From: an uncultured Pseudobdellovibrionaceae bacterium
GTDB taxonomy: Bacteria; Bdellovibrionota; Bdellovibrionia; Bdellovibrionales; UBA1609
Reading direction: 5' to 3'
Assembly: GCA_963803705.1 (NCBI GenBank)
Contig: CAWDNU010000001.1
Coordinates: 320,001 to 384,000, forward strand
DNA: 64,000 nt
The notes beneath the pieces were generated by a model. It made no database searches. It had not been told where the DNA came from and saw nothing but the letters and a program-made list of their open reading frames with translations. Shown here one piece after another: positions 10,259 to 19,693 of this stretch (within the stretch, counting starts at the first letter, position 1; every line of letters starts with the position of its first letter). Both the position numbers and the translations under genes were made by a program.

Positions 10259-12274
10259 TTAAAGCATATTAATTGGGTCTACGTCCAAAGATATCTTAGT
10301 TTTAGATGGAAGACCTTCAAGGCTATGAGTTAGCTGTCGATAAAAATTTTGGATCAAAACATTTTCTGAAGATTTAAATAAAAATAAGCTTCTAAACTGG
10401 TTTTTAATTTTTTGTATAGGGGCTGGCACAGGTCCTAAAATTTCTAAATTTTTGTACTCTTTAATACTATTTTTTAATTGATCAGATTTTTGAGTTACCC
10501 ATTTGCAGCCTAATTCTACATTACGCTGATCGGGCGACTGCACTCTTAGACTGGCTAATCTTGAAAATGGAGGATAATTAAAAACTTGGCGCTCTTCAAG
10601 TTCCTCATCTGCAAAAGATTTGTAATCGTGAGCTATTGCATGTTTAAAAACAGAGTGTCCTGGGTTGTAAGTTTGTATTAGAACTTCTCCTTTTAAGCCC
10701 TTACGGCGGCCTGCCCTTCCACTGACTTGGGATACAAGTTGGAATACACGCTCGTTAGATCTAAAGTCCGGAATGTTAAGACCGACGTCAGCTAATAAAA
10801 TTCCCACAAAAGAAAGCTTAGGAAAGTCTAAACCTTTCGCTATCATCTGAGTTCCAATTAATATTTGTGCTTTCTCGGATTCAACCATGTCTATAAAATC
10901 TTGCATCTGCTGCCTACTGTCGATGGTATCACGATCAGCGCGTACTATAGTTTTATCAGGAAAGTTATATTGGACCACTTCTTCTACCTTCTCAGTTCCT
11001 AAGCCGAGCGCAAAAAGCTTTTCAGAGCCGCAGTCAGGGCATTTTATTTTTAATTTCTCGTGGTAGCCGCAGTAGTGGCACACGCAATCAGTTTTATAGT
11101 GCAGTGTAAGAGTAATGTCGCAATTAGGGCATTTAATCTGATGGGCACAATCAACACACTGAATAGTTTGGGCAATGCCCCGGCGGTTTAAAAAAAGAGC
11201 TACTTGTTGATTTTTATCCAGATGCTCTTTGATTTTAAGGTGCAACTCTTTGGTATACCAAAAGGGCTGATCTAAATAAGCAGCTGTTTCTTTTAAATTC
11301 AATAGGCTAATTATAGGTGGATTTTGTTCAAACACCCGGTTTTTCAAAACATGCAATTGAAATTTTTTGCTCATGGCTTTGTTCCAACTTTCAAGCGATG
11401 GGGTGGCTGAGCCTAAAATAATGGGGCAGTTCCAAATATGAGCAAGCATAGTTGCAGAGTCACGGCCATGATACTTAAATTTTTCATCTTGTTTAAAACT
11501 TGAATCGTGCTCTTCATCTAGAACAATAATCCCTAGATTTTTAAAATTACTAAATAGCGCCGATCTAGCACCAATTAAGATTGGTTTTTTTTCCAATGAA
11601 ATATCGTACCAAGATTCAGTTCTTTTTCTAGGTGTGACTTGCGAATGTATAACTGCAATTTTGTCTTCGCCAAATCTTTGTTTAAATCTTTGTTCAAGCT
11701 GTGGGGTCAATGATATTTCGGGTACTAAAACTAAAGCTTGTTTTTTTTCTGAAATAACTTTTCTAATGAGCTGCAAATAAATTTCTGTTTTTCCTGAACC
11801 GGTAACTCCATGAATCAAATGAGTTTTAAAACTGTCTAGCTCTTTTGAGATGTCTTCATATACTTTTTTTTGCTCGGAAGATAAAACTAAATCATCTTGT
11901 AATTTTATTTTAGGCTCTTTTTTTTTCTTCTCTTTGTATTTCAAAGGAGGAAAGAACAAATTTAAAACCTGCCCGATAGGATGACAATAGTAAGTGCTTA
12001 ACCACTTTGCCCATTTCAAATTTTCAGGACTTAGGTGGCTTTTGAATTCGTCGAAATGCTCAACGGGTTTTGTTTTATAGTTAATAGGTTTATCTACTGA
12101 GTTAAGCACAATGCCATTTATTTTTCTTCCAGAAAATGGGGCTTGGATAAAAGATCCTGGTGGTAGCGGTTTGATTGAATGATAGTTAAAGGTTTTATTT
12201 AGTGGTACATTTACCCCGATTTCGTAGCTGTAGTTTTCAGTCGAAGTTTGCTTCAAAATAAGATTTTCTTGCAC
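10259..12274 (-). CDS. priA: Primosomal protein N'
   Basis: HGVTGSGKTE, LVPEISLTPQ, DEEHD, CxxC zinc clusters, GTQMIAKGLDFP, QVSGRAGR. Confidence 0.97.
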   Translation of the reverse strand: MQENLILKQTSTENYSYEIGVNVPLNKTFNYHSIKPLPPGSFIQAPFSGRKINGIVLNSVDKPINYKTKPVEHFDEFKSHLSPENLKWAKWLSTYYCHPIGQVLNLFFPPLKYKEKKKKEPKIKLQDDLVLSSEQKKVYEDISKELDSFKTHLIHGVTGSGKTEIYLQLIRKVISEKKQALVLVPEISLTPQLEQRFKQRFGEDKIAVIHSQVTPRKRTESWYDISLEKKPILIGARSALFSNFKNLGIIVLDEEHDSSFKQDEKFKYHGRDSATMLAHIWNCPIILGSATPSLESWNKAMSKKFQLHVLKNRVFEQNPPIISLLNLKETAAYLDQPFWYTKELHLKIKEHLDKNQQVALFLNRRGIAQTIQCVDCAHQIKCPNCDITLTLHYKTDCVCHYCGYHEKLKIKCPDCGSEKLFALGLGTEKVEEVVQYNFPDKTIVRADRDTIDSRQQMQDFIDMVESEKAQILIGTQMIAKGLDFPKLSFVGILLADVGLNIPDFRSNERVFQLVSQVSGRAGRRKGLKGEVLIQTYNPGHSVFKHAIAHDYKSFADEELEERQVFNYPPFSRLASLRVQSPDQRNVELGCKWVTQKSDQLKNSIKEYKNLEILGPVPAPIQKIKNQFRSLFLFKSSENVLIQNFYRQLTHSLEGLPSKTKISLDVDPINML

Positions 12275-12342
12275 TTTTCACCCAACTTTGACTGTTATTT
12301 ATCATTTCACGAGATATATCACAATTTTAGTCTAGTTGTTCC

Positions 12343-12370
12343 TCTATTGAAACCCCGTTTTATCCGATAA
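12343..12370 (+). promoter_or_regulatory. Putative sigma28 (FliA)-type promoter
   Basis: TCCGATAA -10 element at 12363-12370 just upstream of the CDS; -35 is weak. Confidence 0.45.
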
Positions 12371-12379
12371 AATACTGTC

Positions 12380-13738
12380 ATGATTATAAACAGCAAAGCT
12401 ATGGTAAAACGCATTAAATCAGCCCTCAGCCTAATTTTAGGACTTGCAGTGGTTCTGCTATTTCAACATTGTTCTGATTTAGATAATTCCAACGTTGTTA
12501 GTTTAACTGATGTAGAGCGAGACGTTTTAACTAACCTTCCTTTTGCTTTTAATTTAAAAATCGATCAGATGGCTTACATGTCATGTTCGGGTGAAGATGC
12601 ACGTCAAGATTCTAGAAGCTTTACAATTAAAGCTGGGGGTTATTTTCCAGGTTCAGGAGTAGGCCTTCGCACTAATTATACGGCTGCGATTAGCGGGTTT
12701 AATGCTGATACAAAAGTCAGATCTATAGCTATAAGCGAAAGAAATGACCAAGCTGGGGCGATTATGAGTATTCGTCCCAGAAGTGACCTACAAAATTATG
12801 TGGATCCATCGAGGGCTACAGGGGAGATACCCCTTGCTCAACTGATGTTTAGAGAACCCCAAGGCTTAGTTTTAAGTAACGAAAGAGTAGCTAAGCAACT
12901 TATGGCTTTAGGGCCAAACAGTTACCTGAATTATGCGGCTGGTCTGCCAGGTTTATTTAATAAATCTTTTGACGGCACCCTTAGGATAGCCAATAATTTG
13001 GGTACTGAAGACACTATCAGAAATATTTTAAGAAATTCACATTATGTAGCTTTTAACTTTGCAGAACCTTTAGGGGATCAGCCACCAGATCGTCCTTACT
13101 CTTTCGTAAGGTCACCGTATGACACCCTGACTGGCGATTCTAGGGCTTCAACTTCTGTTTATGGACTTGGCTATGTTCTAAATTTTCAGCAATTAGACCC
13201 TTTTATGACAACCACTCCGTCAAGAGTCATGACGGTCTCTAGTGTTATAAACTTAGAAAACAGCTCTAGCGAACCCGAAAATTGGGACTGTAGTGAACGT
13301 TTTGTTGTTGTTCGTCCTGAAGACGCTGCGAGAATCACATTCAATTCTGGGCAGCCCGGCGGAGCTCAACAAGTGTGTGATACAAGGCCAGACGCAGTTC
13401 CAAACAGTTTTGAAGAACAAAGACGATGGGAAAGAATAAGAAATATCCTTCCTGTGGAAGATTGGTATGTAAATTTGCCGTGTCCCGCTGCTGGCCCCCA
13501 GCCCGCGGGTTGTATCACTGGTGTTGCGAAGCCAGGTTGTATAGTTTCGAAAAGTAATGACTTTTGCTACGATGAAAACGAGTTGAATCCCGACAATAAT
13601 GAATTTGTACGGGTAGCTTATTACCGTAATGAAAATTTAGACAGAACAACTGCTCCAATTTTTACCTATGATGGCAGGTGTGGTCCTGGCACTTTCTTTA
13701 TGTGCCCACATGTTTTGACGATTTGTCGAAAATTATAA
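12380..13738 (+). CDS. Cys-rich lipoprotein-like hypothetical protein (FQxC signal)
   Basis: Hydrophobic signal ending LLFQHCS; many Cys in the C-terminal third. Confidence 0.7.
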   Translation: MIINSKAMVKRIKSALSLILGLAVVLLFQHCSDLDNSNVVSLTDVERDVLTNLPFAFNLKIDQMAYMSCSGEDARQDSRSFTIKAGGYFPGSGVGLRTNYTAAISGFNADTKVRSIAISERNDQAGAIMSIRPRSDLQNYVDPSRATGEIPLAQLMFREPQGLVLSNERVAKQLMALGPNSYLNYAAGLPGLFNKSFDGTLRIANNLGTEDTIRNILRNSHYVAFNFAEPLGDQPPDRPYSFVRSPYDTLTGDSRASTSVYGLGYVLNFQQLDPFMTTTPSRVMTVSSVINLENSSSEPENWDCSERFVVVRPEDAARITFNSGQPGGAQQVCDTRPDAVPNSFEEQRRWERIRNILPVEDWYVNLPCPAAGPQPAGCITGVAKPGCIVSKSNDFCYDENELNPDNNEFVRVAYYRNENLDRTTAPIFTYDGRCGPGTFFMCPHVLTICRKL

Positions 13739-13853
13739 ATCCAATTTACAAGGCTAAAATAAACACTACTCAGATTTTATAGAGATTTTGAACTACTTTT
13801 CAATTTGGTGTTAAGACTGCACTTAGTATTTATTTTTCTGCTAATGTAAACCG

Positions 13854-14777
13854 ATGTTTAAGTATACCCAAGCCTTATGCTTTATTGAAATCATCCTAAT
13901 GGCCATAGCAGCAAGCCCAGTTCAGTCTTTTGCTTTTGACTCGGTCATAAACTCGTCTAGATACAAATCGATCGCAGGTGCTGGAATTGCCGCCACTACA
14001 AAAATTGGCATGGAAGATTTTGGTTTGGTCAATCCAGCAATTTTATCTACAAATTCTGAATTAGTCTTTTCTGCAGGTTATACCAAAGGCAAATCACAAG
14101 ATAACGAAGTGTCAGGCTTTGGTCTTTCAATTTTAGACAGTGTGAGTGGTGCTTGGGATTCAGAACAATCAGAGCTGCTACCTTTAGCGGGTTTTCCGCT
14201 AGCGTCCGTTTTATACTATACGAATTTAAACTTTGACCAATTTCAAGATCAATATTTTCAGTTGGGAATATCGCAACCGGTAAGTTCCAATATGTCTTTT
14301 GGAATTACGGTAAATTACTCGATCCTAAAATCAAACAGCTTAAACGTTAAAGACAACACACTAGATTTCGGAGCTGGTTTTTTATGGAGGGTTTTGGACA
14401 GGTGGTCCTTAGGATTGACCGCTTTAAATATCTTTGACCGCAGAAACGAACTTATTCCAGGATATTTAAGAAGAACACTGGGAACTGGGGTAGAGTTTTC
14501 TGCTAGCAAATTTGTAAAAATCCGGGGGGACTTCTTGCAAGTGCGTGACGCAGAAGATGAAACGCAAAGTATAATTCGAGTTGGAGTATCGAATCAAATC
14601 ACAGAGAGCTTTATTTTACAGTTTGGATTTGCTGATGATAATAACCTTAAAACCAAAGTGTTGGCTTTGGGCTTTATTTTAGCAGGGCCCAAGCTTTCGC
14701 TCAGCTACTCTGTAAATCGTGAGACATCATTTAACAACATACTACACAGCGTTGACATCCGAGTGCCTGTTTGGTAG
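13854..14777 (+). CDS. Outer-membrane beta-barrel protein (FadL/PorV-like)
   Basis: Signal peptide, NPA motif, alternating amphipathic strands, terminal aromatic W. Confidence 0.6.
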   Translation: MFKYTQALCFIEIILMAIAASPVQSFAFDSVINSSRYKSIAGAGIAATTKIGMEDFGLVNPAILSTNSELVFSAGYTKGKSQDNEVSGFGLSILDSVSGAWDSEQSELLPLAGFPLASVLYYTNLNFDQFQDQYFQLGISQPVSSNMSFGITVNYSILKSNSLNVKDNTLDFGAGFLWRVLDRWSLGLTALNIFDRRNELIPGYLRRTLGTGVEFSASKFVKIRGDFLQVRDAEDETQSIIRVGVSNQITESFILQFGFADDNNLKTKVLALGFILAGPKLSLSYSVNRETSFNNILHSVDIRVPVW

Positions 14778-14816
14778 CTAATTAGCTTTCAGTGTCTAAA
14801 CAATTTCGAGGATTTT

Positions 14817-14951
14817 ATGGCTTCACCTACTAAAAAAACTAAAGCAATTCGCAGAAATAAGAAAACCAACGAAGGTAAAGTCAGAAAAACTAAAAATCGT
14901 AATAAGGGGAACACTCCTAGCCGTAAAGAGCTTTTCGGCGACGATAATTAG
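14817..14951 (+). CDS. 44-aa Lys/Arg-rich small protein (not in ORF track)
   Basis: GAGG RBS; MASPTKKTKAIRRNKKTNEGKVRKTKNRNKGNTPSRKELFGDDN; TTGACA at 14752; downstream palindrome. Confidence 0.75.
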   Translation: MASPTKKTKAIRRNKKTNEGKVRKTKNRNKGNTPSRKELFGDDN

Positions 14952-14976
14952 CGCAAATTCATGAATTTGCGCTAAT
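14947..14976. terminator. 30-bp perfect palindrome between convergent genes
   Basis: ATTAGCGCAAATTCATGAATTTGCGCTAAT. Confidence 0.7.
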
Positions 14977-15000
14977 CAGGCTTACGCACCTTTTTGTTGT

Positions 15001-15834
15001 TTACAGTTTAAAAGCAATTTTGATAGAAGCTCTTTCGATGCCGTCGAATGTGGCGATTTCGGCACCTAATCTTAGTGCTGGTAACTTAAAGAGCACCCCA
15101 GTGTAAACCCGCAAACCTGCAGTCTTTGAAGATTGGTTAATGTCAGATATGATTAGTGAACCAGTAGAACTCCCAGTTGCATAAACGTCGCCACTCGACT
15201 GCAAGTCAGAAGCGCCAAAATAGGGTTCAAAAAATTTGAAAGCGAATCCGACAGCTACACCAACTTCAAAAATTTCGACATCAAAATCAGCACTTTCTGT
15301 GACGGTCCCCGCGATAAGGTTGCCAGTATCTTCTTCGTAGGTGTAAGTGGCATCAGCGGTCATGTATGATGTTCTTAGTATAACCTTCAATCGATCCATT
15401 GGAAATATATCAGTTATAGTCCACCGAGCTCCAATATTAAAACTCTGAAAACTGCCTTCATCTTCTATATTAACTTTTGGAATAAATGTCCCCTCAATTC
15501 CCAGCCCAAAAGGCAGTGAAACAATTCCGCTTATTCCGGCCATGGGTATGAATGGAACTTCAAAATCAGAATTATAACTTTCAACCACCTCTTGGGTGTT
15601 TGGGGCTTGTGAGGCAGTGAGCACCAAACCTAATTCGACTCCAAAAACATTACCTAGTGAGTTTGCTCCGGAAACCGTAGTGGGTGCAAAGGCTGAAGTT
15701 AGGTCTTTAAAAATTTTGTCTGCATCCTGTTGATCAAAGCAGGTAAAAGTTTGTCCCTGTACACATTGGCCAAAAGCTATATCAGTGAAAGAAGTAAAAC
15801 TAAAAAACAGAATTAGTAATCGAATTTTTTTCAT
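15001..15834 (-). CDS. Exported outer-membrane beta-barrel-like protein
   Basis: Signal peptide; SGANSLG..FGVELG; amphipathic strands; ends IAFKL. Confidence 0.6.
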   Translation of the reverse strand: MKKIRLLILFFSFTSFTDIAFGQCVQGQTFTCFDQQDADKIFKDLTSAFAPTTVSGANSLGNVFGVELGLVLTASQAPNTQEVVESYNSDFEVPFIPMAGISGIVSLPFGLGIEGTFIPKVNIEDEGSFQSFNIGARWTITDIFPMDRLKVILRTSYMTADATYTYEEDTGNLIAGTVTESADFDVEIFEVGVAVGFAFKFFEPYFGASDLQSSGDVYATGSSTGSLIISDINQSSKTAGLRVYTGVLFKLPALRLGAEIATFDGIERASIKIAFKL

Positions 15835-15848
15835 TTTAGCTCCAGAAT

Positions 15849-16919
15849 TTATTTAAAGTTTCGTAGATTTTCAGCTAAATCTTTATGTTCGCTGCAACCA
15901 ATAACTTCAAAGCCGGGCGGATTCCAAGATTCAGAAAATTTCTTTTTAAGATTATCAATTTTTTGAAAAGTAGAATTGATTCTATCTGGATCTAGCTGAC
16001 CCAAACGATCTTGCATGGACTTCATAGCTGCAACGTAAGACTTGGGCTCGTTGCAAAAAAGAAAAATATCAGCCCCTGCTTCGAATGCCATGTAGGTTAA
16101 TTCAGAAGCTGAATGATTTTTGCTAAGCGCTTTCATATCTAAATCATCTGTCATAATTAGATGTTTGTACCCAAGTTCGCCGCGCAGGTAATAATCTAAA
16201 AACTTTTTTGATAAAGTCACTGGATTTTCAGGATCGATCTTTTCAAAAAGAATGTGTCCAGTCATCAAAAACTCAACTTTTGTTTTAAAAACTTTTTTGT
16301 AAGCCGAGGCCTCTGTCTGATAAAGTTGTTCCCAAGTTCGATCGTCAACGGGAAGGTCCTCGTGACTATCAATAGAAGTGTAGCCATGTCCTGGGAAATG
16401 CTTTACACAAGTCATAACTCCGGCTTTCTTAAAACCACGAACTAATCCCGAGGCAATTTTAGCTACGTGATCAGGATTCGATCCGAAAGATCTATCTCCA
16501 ATGATTTCGTTATCAGAATTAATTAGAACATCTAAACACGGGGTATAATCTAGGTTTATTCCAACAGCGGCAAGTTCACTGGCTATAGCTTTACCCACAT
16601 CGAATGCCAGCTGAGGTGAATCACTTAGACCTAATTTTTGCATCGCAGGCCAGATAGTAAATGGATCTTTAAGTCGATGGACTCGGCCACCTTCCATGTC
16701 GATTCCTATAACGAACGGCAGTCGAGAGTTTGTGTGTTTCGAGAGCTCTTGTATTTGACCTGTCAAATTTGCAATTTGATCGGGGCTTTGGACATTTCTG
16801 CCAAAAAGTGTAACCCCACCAATATCGTTCTCCACGATAAAATCTTTTTCTTCGGAAGTTAAAGTATGACCGCTTAGCCCGATATAAAACATTTGTCCAA
16901 GTTGTGATTTTAAATTCAT
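15849..16919 (-). CDS. nagZ: Beta-N-acetylhexosaminidase (GH3)
   Basis: IDMEGGRVHR, KHFPGHG...DSH, MTDDLDM. Confidence 0.93.
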   Translation of the reverse strand: MNLKSQLGQMFYIGLSGHTLTSEEKDFIVENDIGGVTLFGRNVQSPDQIANLTGQIQELSKHTNSRLPFVIGIDMEGGRVHRLKDPFTIWPAMQKLGLSDSPQLAFDVGKAIASELAAVGINLDYTPCLDVLINSDNEIIGDRSFGSNPDHVAKIASGLVRGFKKAGVMTCVKHFPGHGYTSIDSHEDLPVDDRTWEQLYQTEASAYKKVFKTKVEFLMTGHILFEKIDPENPVTLSKKFLDYYLRGELGYKHLIMTDDLDMKALSKNHSASELTYMAFEAGADIFLFCNEPKSYVAAMKSMQDRLGQLDPDRINSTFQKIDNLKKKFSESWNPPGFEVIGCSEHKDLAENLRNFK

Positions 16920-16974
16920 TTTAATCCTAGTTTTTAGTTAGAAGTTTTCGAAGAGTTATATTTTCACCCTAAAT

Positions 16975-17793
16975 TTAGTTTAAATTTCTACTTTTCGGAT
17001 CTAAAATTTCTCTTAAGCCATCGCCAAGCAAATTAAAACCTAAAACCAAAAGTAAAATGGCAAGCCCTGGAAAGATGCTTATGTGTGGGGCCTCCACCAA
17101 GTAGTACCTACCGGAATTTAAGAGCATACCCCAAGTGGGTGTCGTCGGAGGAGCACCTAATCCTAAGAAACTAAGACCTGATTCGATGATAAGAGTACCT
17201 GCCATCGCAAAAGTACATTGAACAGTCATTACTCCGATTAGATTTGGCCAAATATGGACAGAGACCACACGTATAGAGTTATTACCAACAGCTTTAGCTG
17301 ATTGAACATAGTCTTTTTCTTTTAGGTGTAAGATTTCAGCTCGCACCAATCTGGCTACACCTGCCCAACCAGTAATTGACATTGCAAATATCAAATTTTT
17401 AACTGACGGACCCAAAGTAGCTACAAGTGCAAGCGCCAACAAAAATCCTGGGAAGGCATAAATCATGTCAATAAATCGCATGATCAAAAAATCTATTCGT
17501 CCACCAAAGTATCCGGCTAAAGAGCCCACAATTAAACCTATGAACGTTGTAATGCTAACGACACTGATAGCAACAGTAAGACTGACCCTAGAGCCCCAGA
17601 ACACCAGGGTCATAACATCAGCACCATTTTCATCTCTACCAAATAGGGAAGATACGCTGGGTGTTTCGTAGCGTCTTTCAAAATTATAATCTTTATAAGA
17701 TGGAAGAGGCAGAAAAGGAGTCGCAAGTGCAACTAAAATATTCAGCAGTACAATCGATCCACCAACTGCTAAAAAAAAGTTTATTTTTTTCAT
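16975..17793 (-). CDS. Peptide ABC transporter permease (DppC/OppC-like)
   Basis: GRDENGAD...GSRVSL, EAA-like loop, ESGLSFLGLG...PTWG. Confidence 0.9.
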   Translation of the reverse strand: MKKINFFLAVGGSIVLLNILVALATPFLPLPSYKDYNFERRYETPSVSSLFGRDENGADVMTLVFWGSRVSLTVAISVVSITTFIGLIVGSLAGYFGGRIDFLIMRFIDMIYAFPGFLLALALVATLGPSVKNLIFAMSITGWAGVARLVRAEILHLKEKDYVQSAKAVGNNSIRVVSVHIWPNLIGVMTVQCTFAMAGTLIIESGLSFLGLGAPPTTPTWGMLLNSGRYYLVEAPHISIFPGLAILLLVLGFNLLGDGLREILDPKSRNLN

Positions 17794-18710
17794 GATACTC
17801 TCATTTTTGGCTGCGCAAATATATAAGCTATATCAGTTATGAAATTAATAGAAACATAGATTAGTGAGACTACTAAAACTGAACCCTGCACCACGGGATA
17901 GTCACGACGTTGAATAGCGTCAAATAAAAGAGTTCCTAAGCCAGGCCAATCAAAAATCGTTTCTGTGATTACGGTTCCAGTTAAGATAGCTCCGAACTGT
18001 AGCCCAACAATAGTAATAATAGGAATTAGTGCGTTTCTTAGAGCATGCACGTAAAAGACTTTGAAGGAATTTAAACCCTTAGCTTTTGCAACTCTTATAT
18101 AATCTTCAAATAATACATCTAGCATTGATGCACGAGTCATCCTTAAAAGAACTGCACCTAATGGCAAACCAAGGCTAAGAGCTGGAAGTACTAAGTTTGA
18201 TAACCCACCCCTTTCACCAACAGGAAACCAACCTAACAAAATTGCGAAAAAGTATATAAGCAGTGGCCCTAAAAAAAAACCAGGAAAAGACATACCAATT
18301 AAACCAAAGCTTACAAGAGCTCGATCAAAAAAAGTGTAGCGCTTAACGGCGGCTAAAACACCCAAAGGAATTCCGAAAAAGATAGCTAAGAACATTGAAG
18401 CAGCTGCCAATTCGAAGGTTGCGCCGATACGGCTAAAGATTAAATTTGATACCGAACGTTTTGAAAATAAAGATTCTCCGAAGTCACCGCGAATTGTATT
18501 CGATAAAAAGGAACTGTACTGGGTTAAAATATTTCGATCTAAACCCAACTTAGCCCGCATTTCAATTTTGTCTAGTGGGTTTGCAAGATCACCCAAGATC
18601 AAATCAACTGGGTCTCCAGGAATTAAATGTATCATAAAAAAGGTGATAGTTAGTACACCGAAAGCGACCGGGATAGTAAGTAAAAATCTTTTTAAAAATG
18701 CTGACAACAT
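17790..18710 (-). CDS. Peptide ABC transporter permease (DppB/OppB-like)
   Basis: IPGDPV, EDYIRVAKAKGL, HALRNALIP, ETIFDWPGLG. Confidence 0.92.
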   Translation of the reverse strand: MLSAFLKRFLLTIPVAFGVLTITFFMIHLIPGDPVDLILGDLANPLDKIEMRAKLGLDRNILTQYSSFLSNTIRGDFGESLFSKRSVSNLIFSRIGATFELAAASMFLAIFFGIPLGVLAAVKRYTFFDRALVSFGLIGMSFPGFFLGPLLIYFFAILLGWFPVGERGGLSNLVLPALSLGLPLGAVLLRMTRASMLDVLFEDYIRVAKAKGLNSFKVFYVHALRNALIPIITIVGLQFGAILTGTVITETIFDWPGLGTLLFDAIQRRDYPVVQGSVLVVSLIYVSINFITDIAYIFAQPKMRVS

Positions 18711-19513
18711 TTCTTTATTTTTTCTTTATCTTTGAAAGAAAACAAGGATTTAAATGAATTGTAACTTAATGCTGAATTTAAATGGGTGAGTACAGAATTT
18801 GATGTGCAAGATCTAATTTTCAAATTTTTTGTTAAATCATGACTACTAATCAGAGCACCCTCTGATGAGTGTACAGTTTCGAATCTGTTGCCTCCAACTG
18901 AATGAATTAGCGTAAGGTGGTCGGATTGTCCCTTAAATTTTGTTGACAGCTGCTGGACCTTTCCCTCGGTTTCCGAAAAGATTTGAAACAACAATTCCTC
19001 TTTTGGGTTTATCTCTGTGATCTTTTTTTTAAAAAATAAAAGATCGGTAAAGTGTTGATACAAAACTAGGCCTTTATCTGACTCGGTGGTAGATTTTGAT
19101 TTTGCGCCCTTATCATTTCTAGAAATTACAATAACGTCATTTTTTGCCTGGAAAGAAGCAGTTGATGATTCAATAAGTCTATTTGCAGAATAGATCTCAA
19201 AGCTGGATTTTAATGGATTATAATATTGATCACTTTCAGATTTAACAATCTGTGCGAAAGGTGAATCTTCATCTGCTTGCTTTCCACTTATCTTTTTAGG
19301 TGTAACAAGAGTAAATGATGTAGTTGAGTGAATGTTATTCGTAAAACTTCTTAGCCCAAGGACGTAACCCATTATTTTTTGACCCGAATAAATCTCCAGG
19401 CAAGATCCAGAGCTACTTGATGATGATTCTACTAAAGCAAAGGACTTTCCTGAGTATGAGGAAAGTACAATAAGGGTTGCCAGGCAAATAGTTGTTTTGA
19501 GATTGGTCAGCAA
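18692..19513 (-). CDS. Exported hypothetical protein (probable start TTG 19513, not 19774)
   Basis: Signal-peptide-like LTNLKTTICLATLIVLSSYSGKSFA; its 3' end overlaps the dppB start. Confidence 0.55.
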   Translation of the reverse strand: MLTNLKTTICLATLIVLSSYSGKSFALVESSSSSSGSCLEIYSGQKIMGYVLGLRSFTNNIHSTTSFTLVTPKKISGKQADEDSPFAQIVKSESDQYYNPLKSSFEIYSANRLIESSTASFQAKNDVIVISRNDKGAKSKSTTESDKGLVLYQHFTDLLFFKKKITEINPKEELLFQIFSETEGKVQQLSTKFKGQSDHLTLIHSVGGNRFETVHSSEGALISSHDLTKNLKIRSCTSNSVLTHLNSALSYNSFKSLFSFKDKEKIKKCCQHF

Positions 19514-19693
19514 GGCAAATTTTTTATGCAACTGACCAAGGGTCACAGCTTGACCTAGTATTCGCTTATGTTTTTGTTTTAAGCTAAATAAAAACAGTTG
19601 GCTCCCCTTTGGTCGTGGTTTTACTAGAGTTTTAATGATAAACTGTGCTAAAGCCCTAGTAACGAATGCACCTACATCCGATATAATTTTAAA

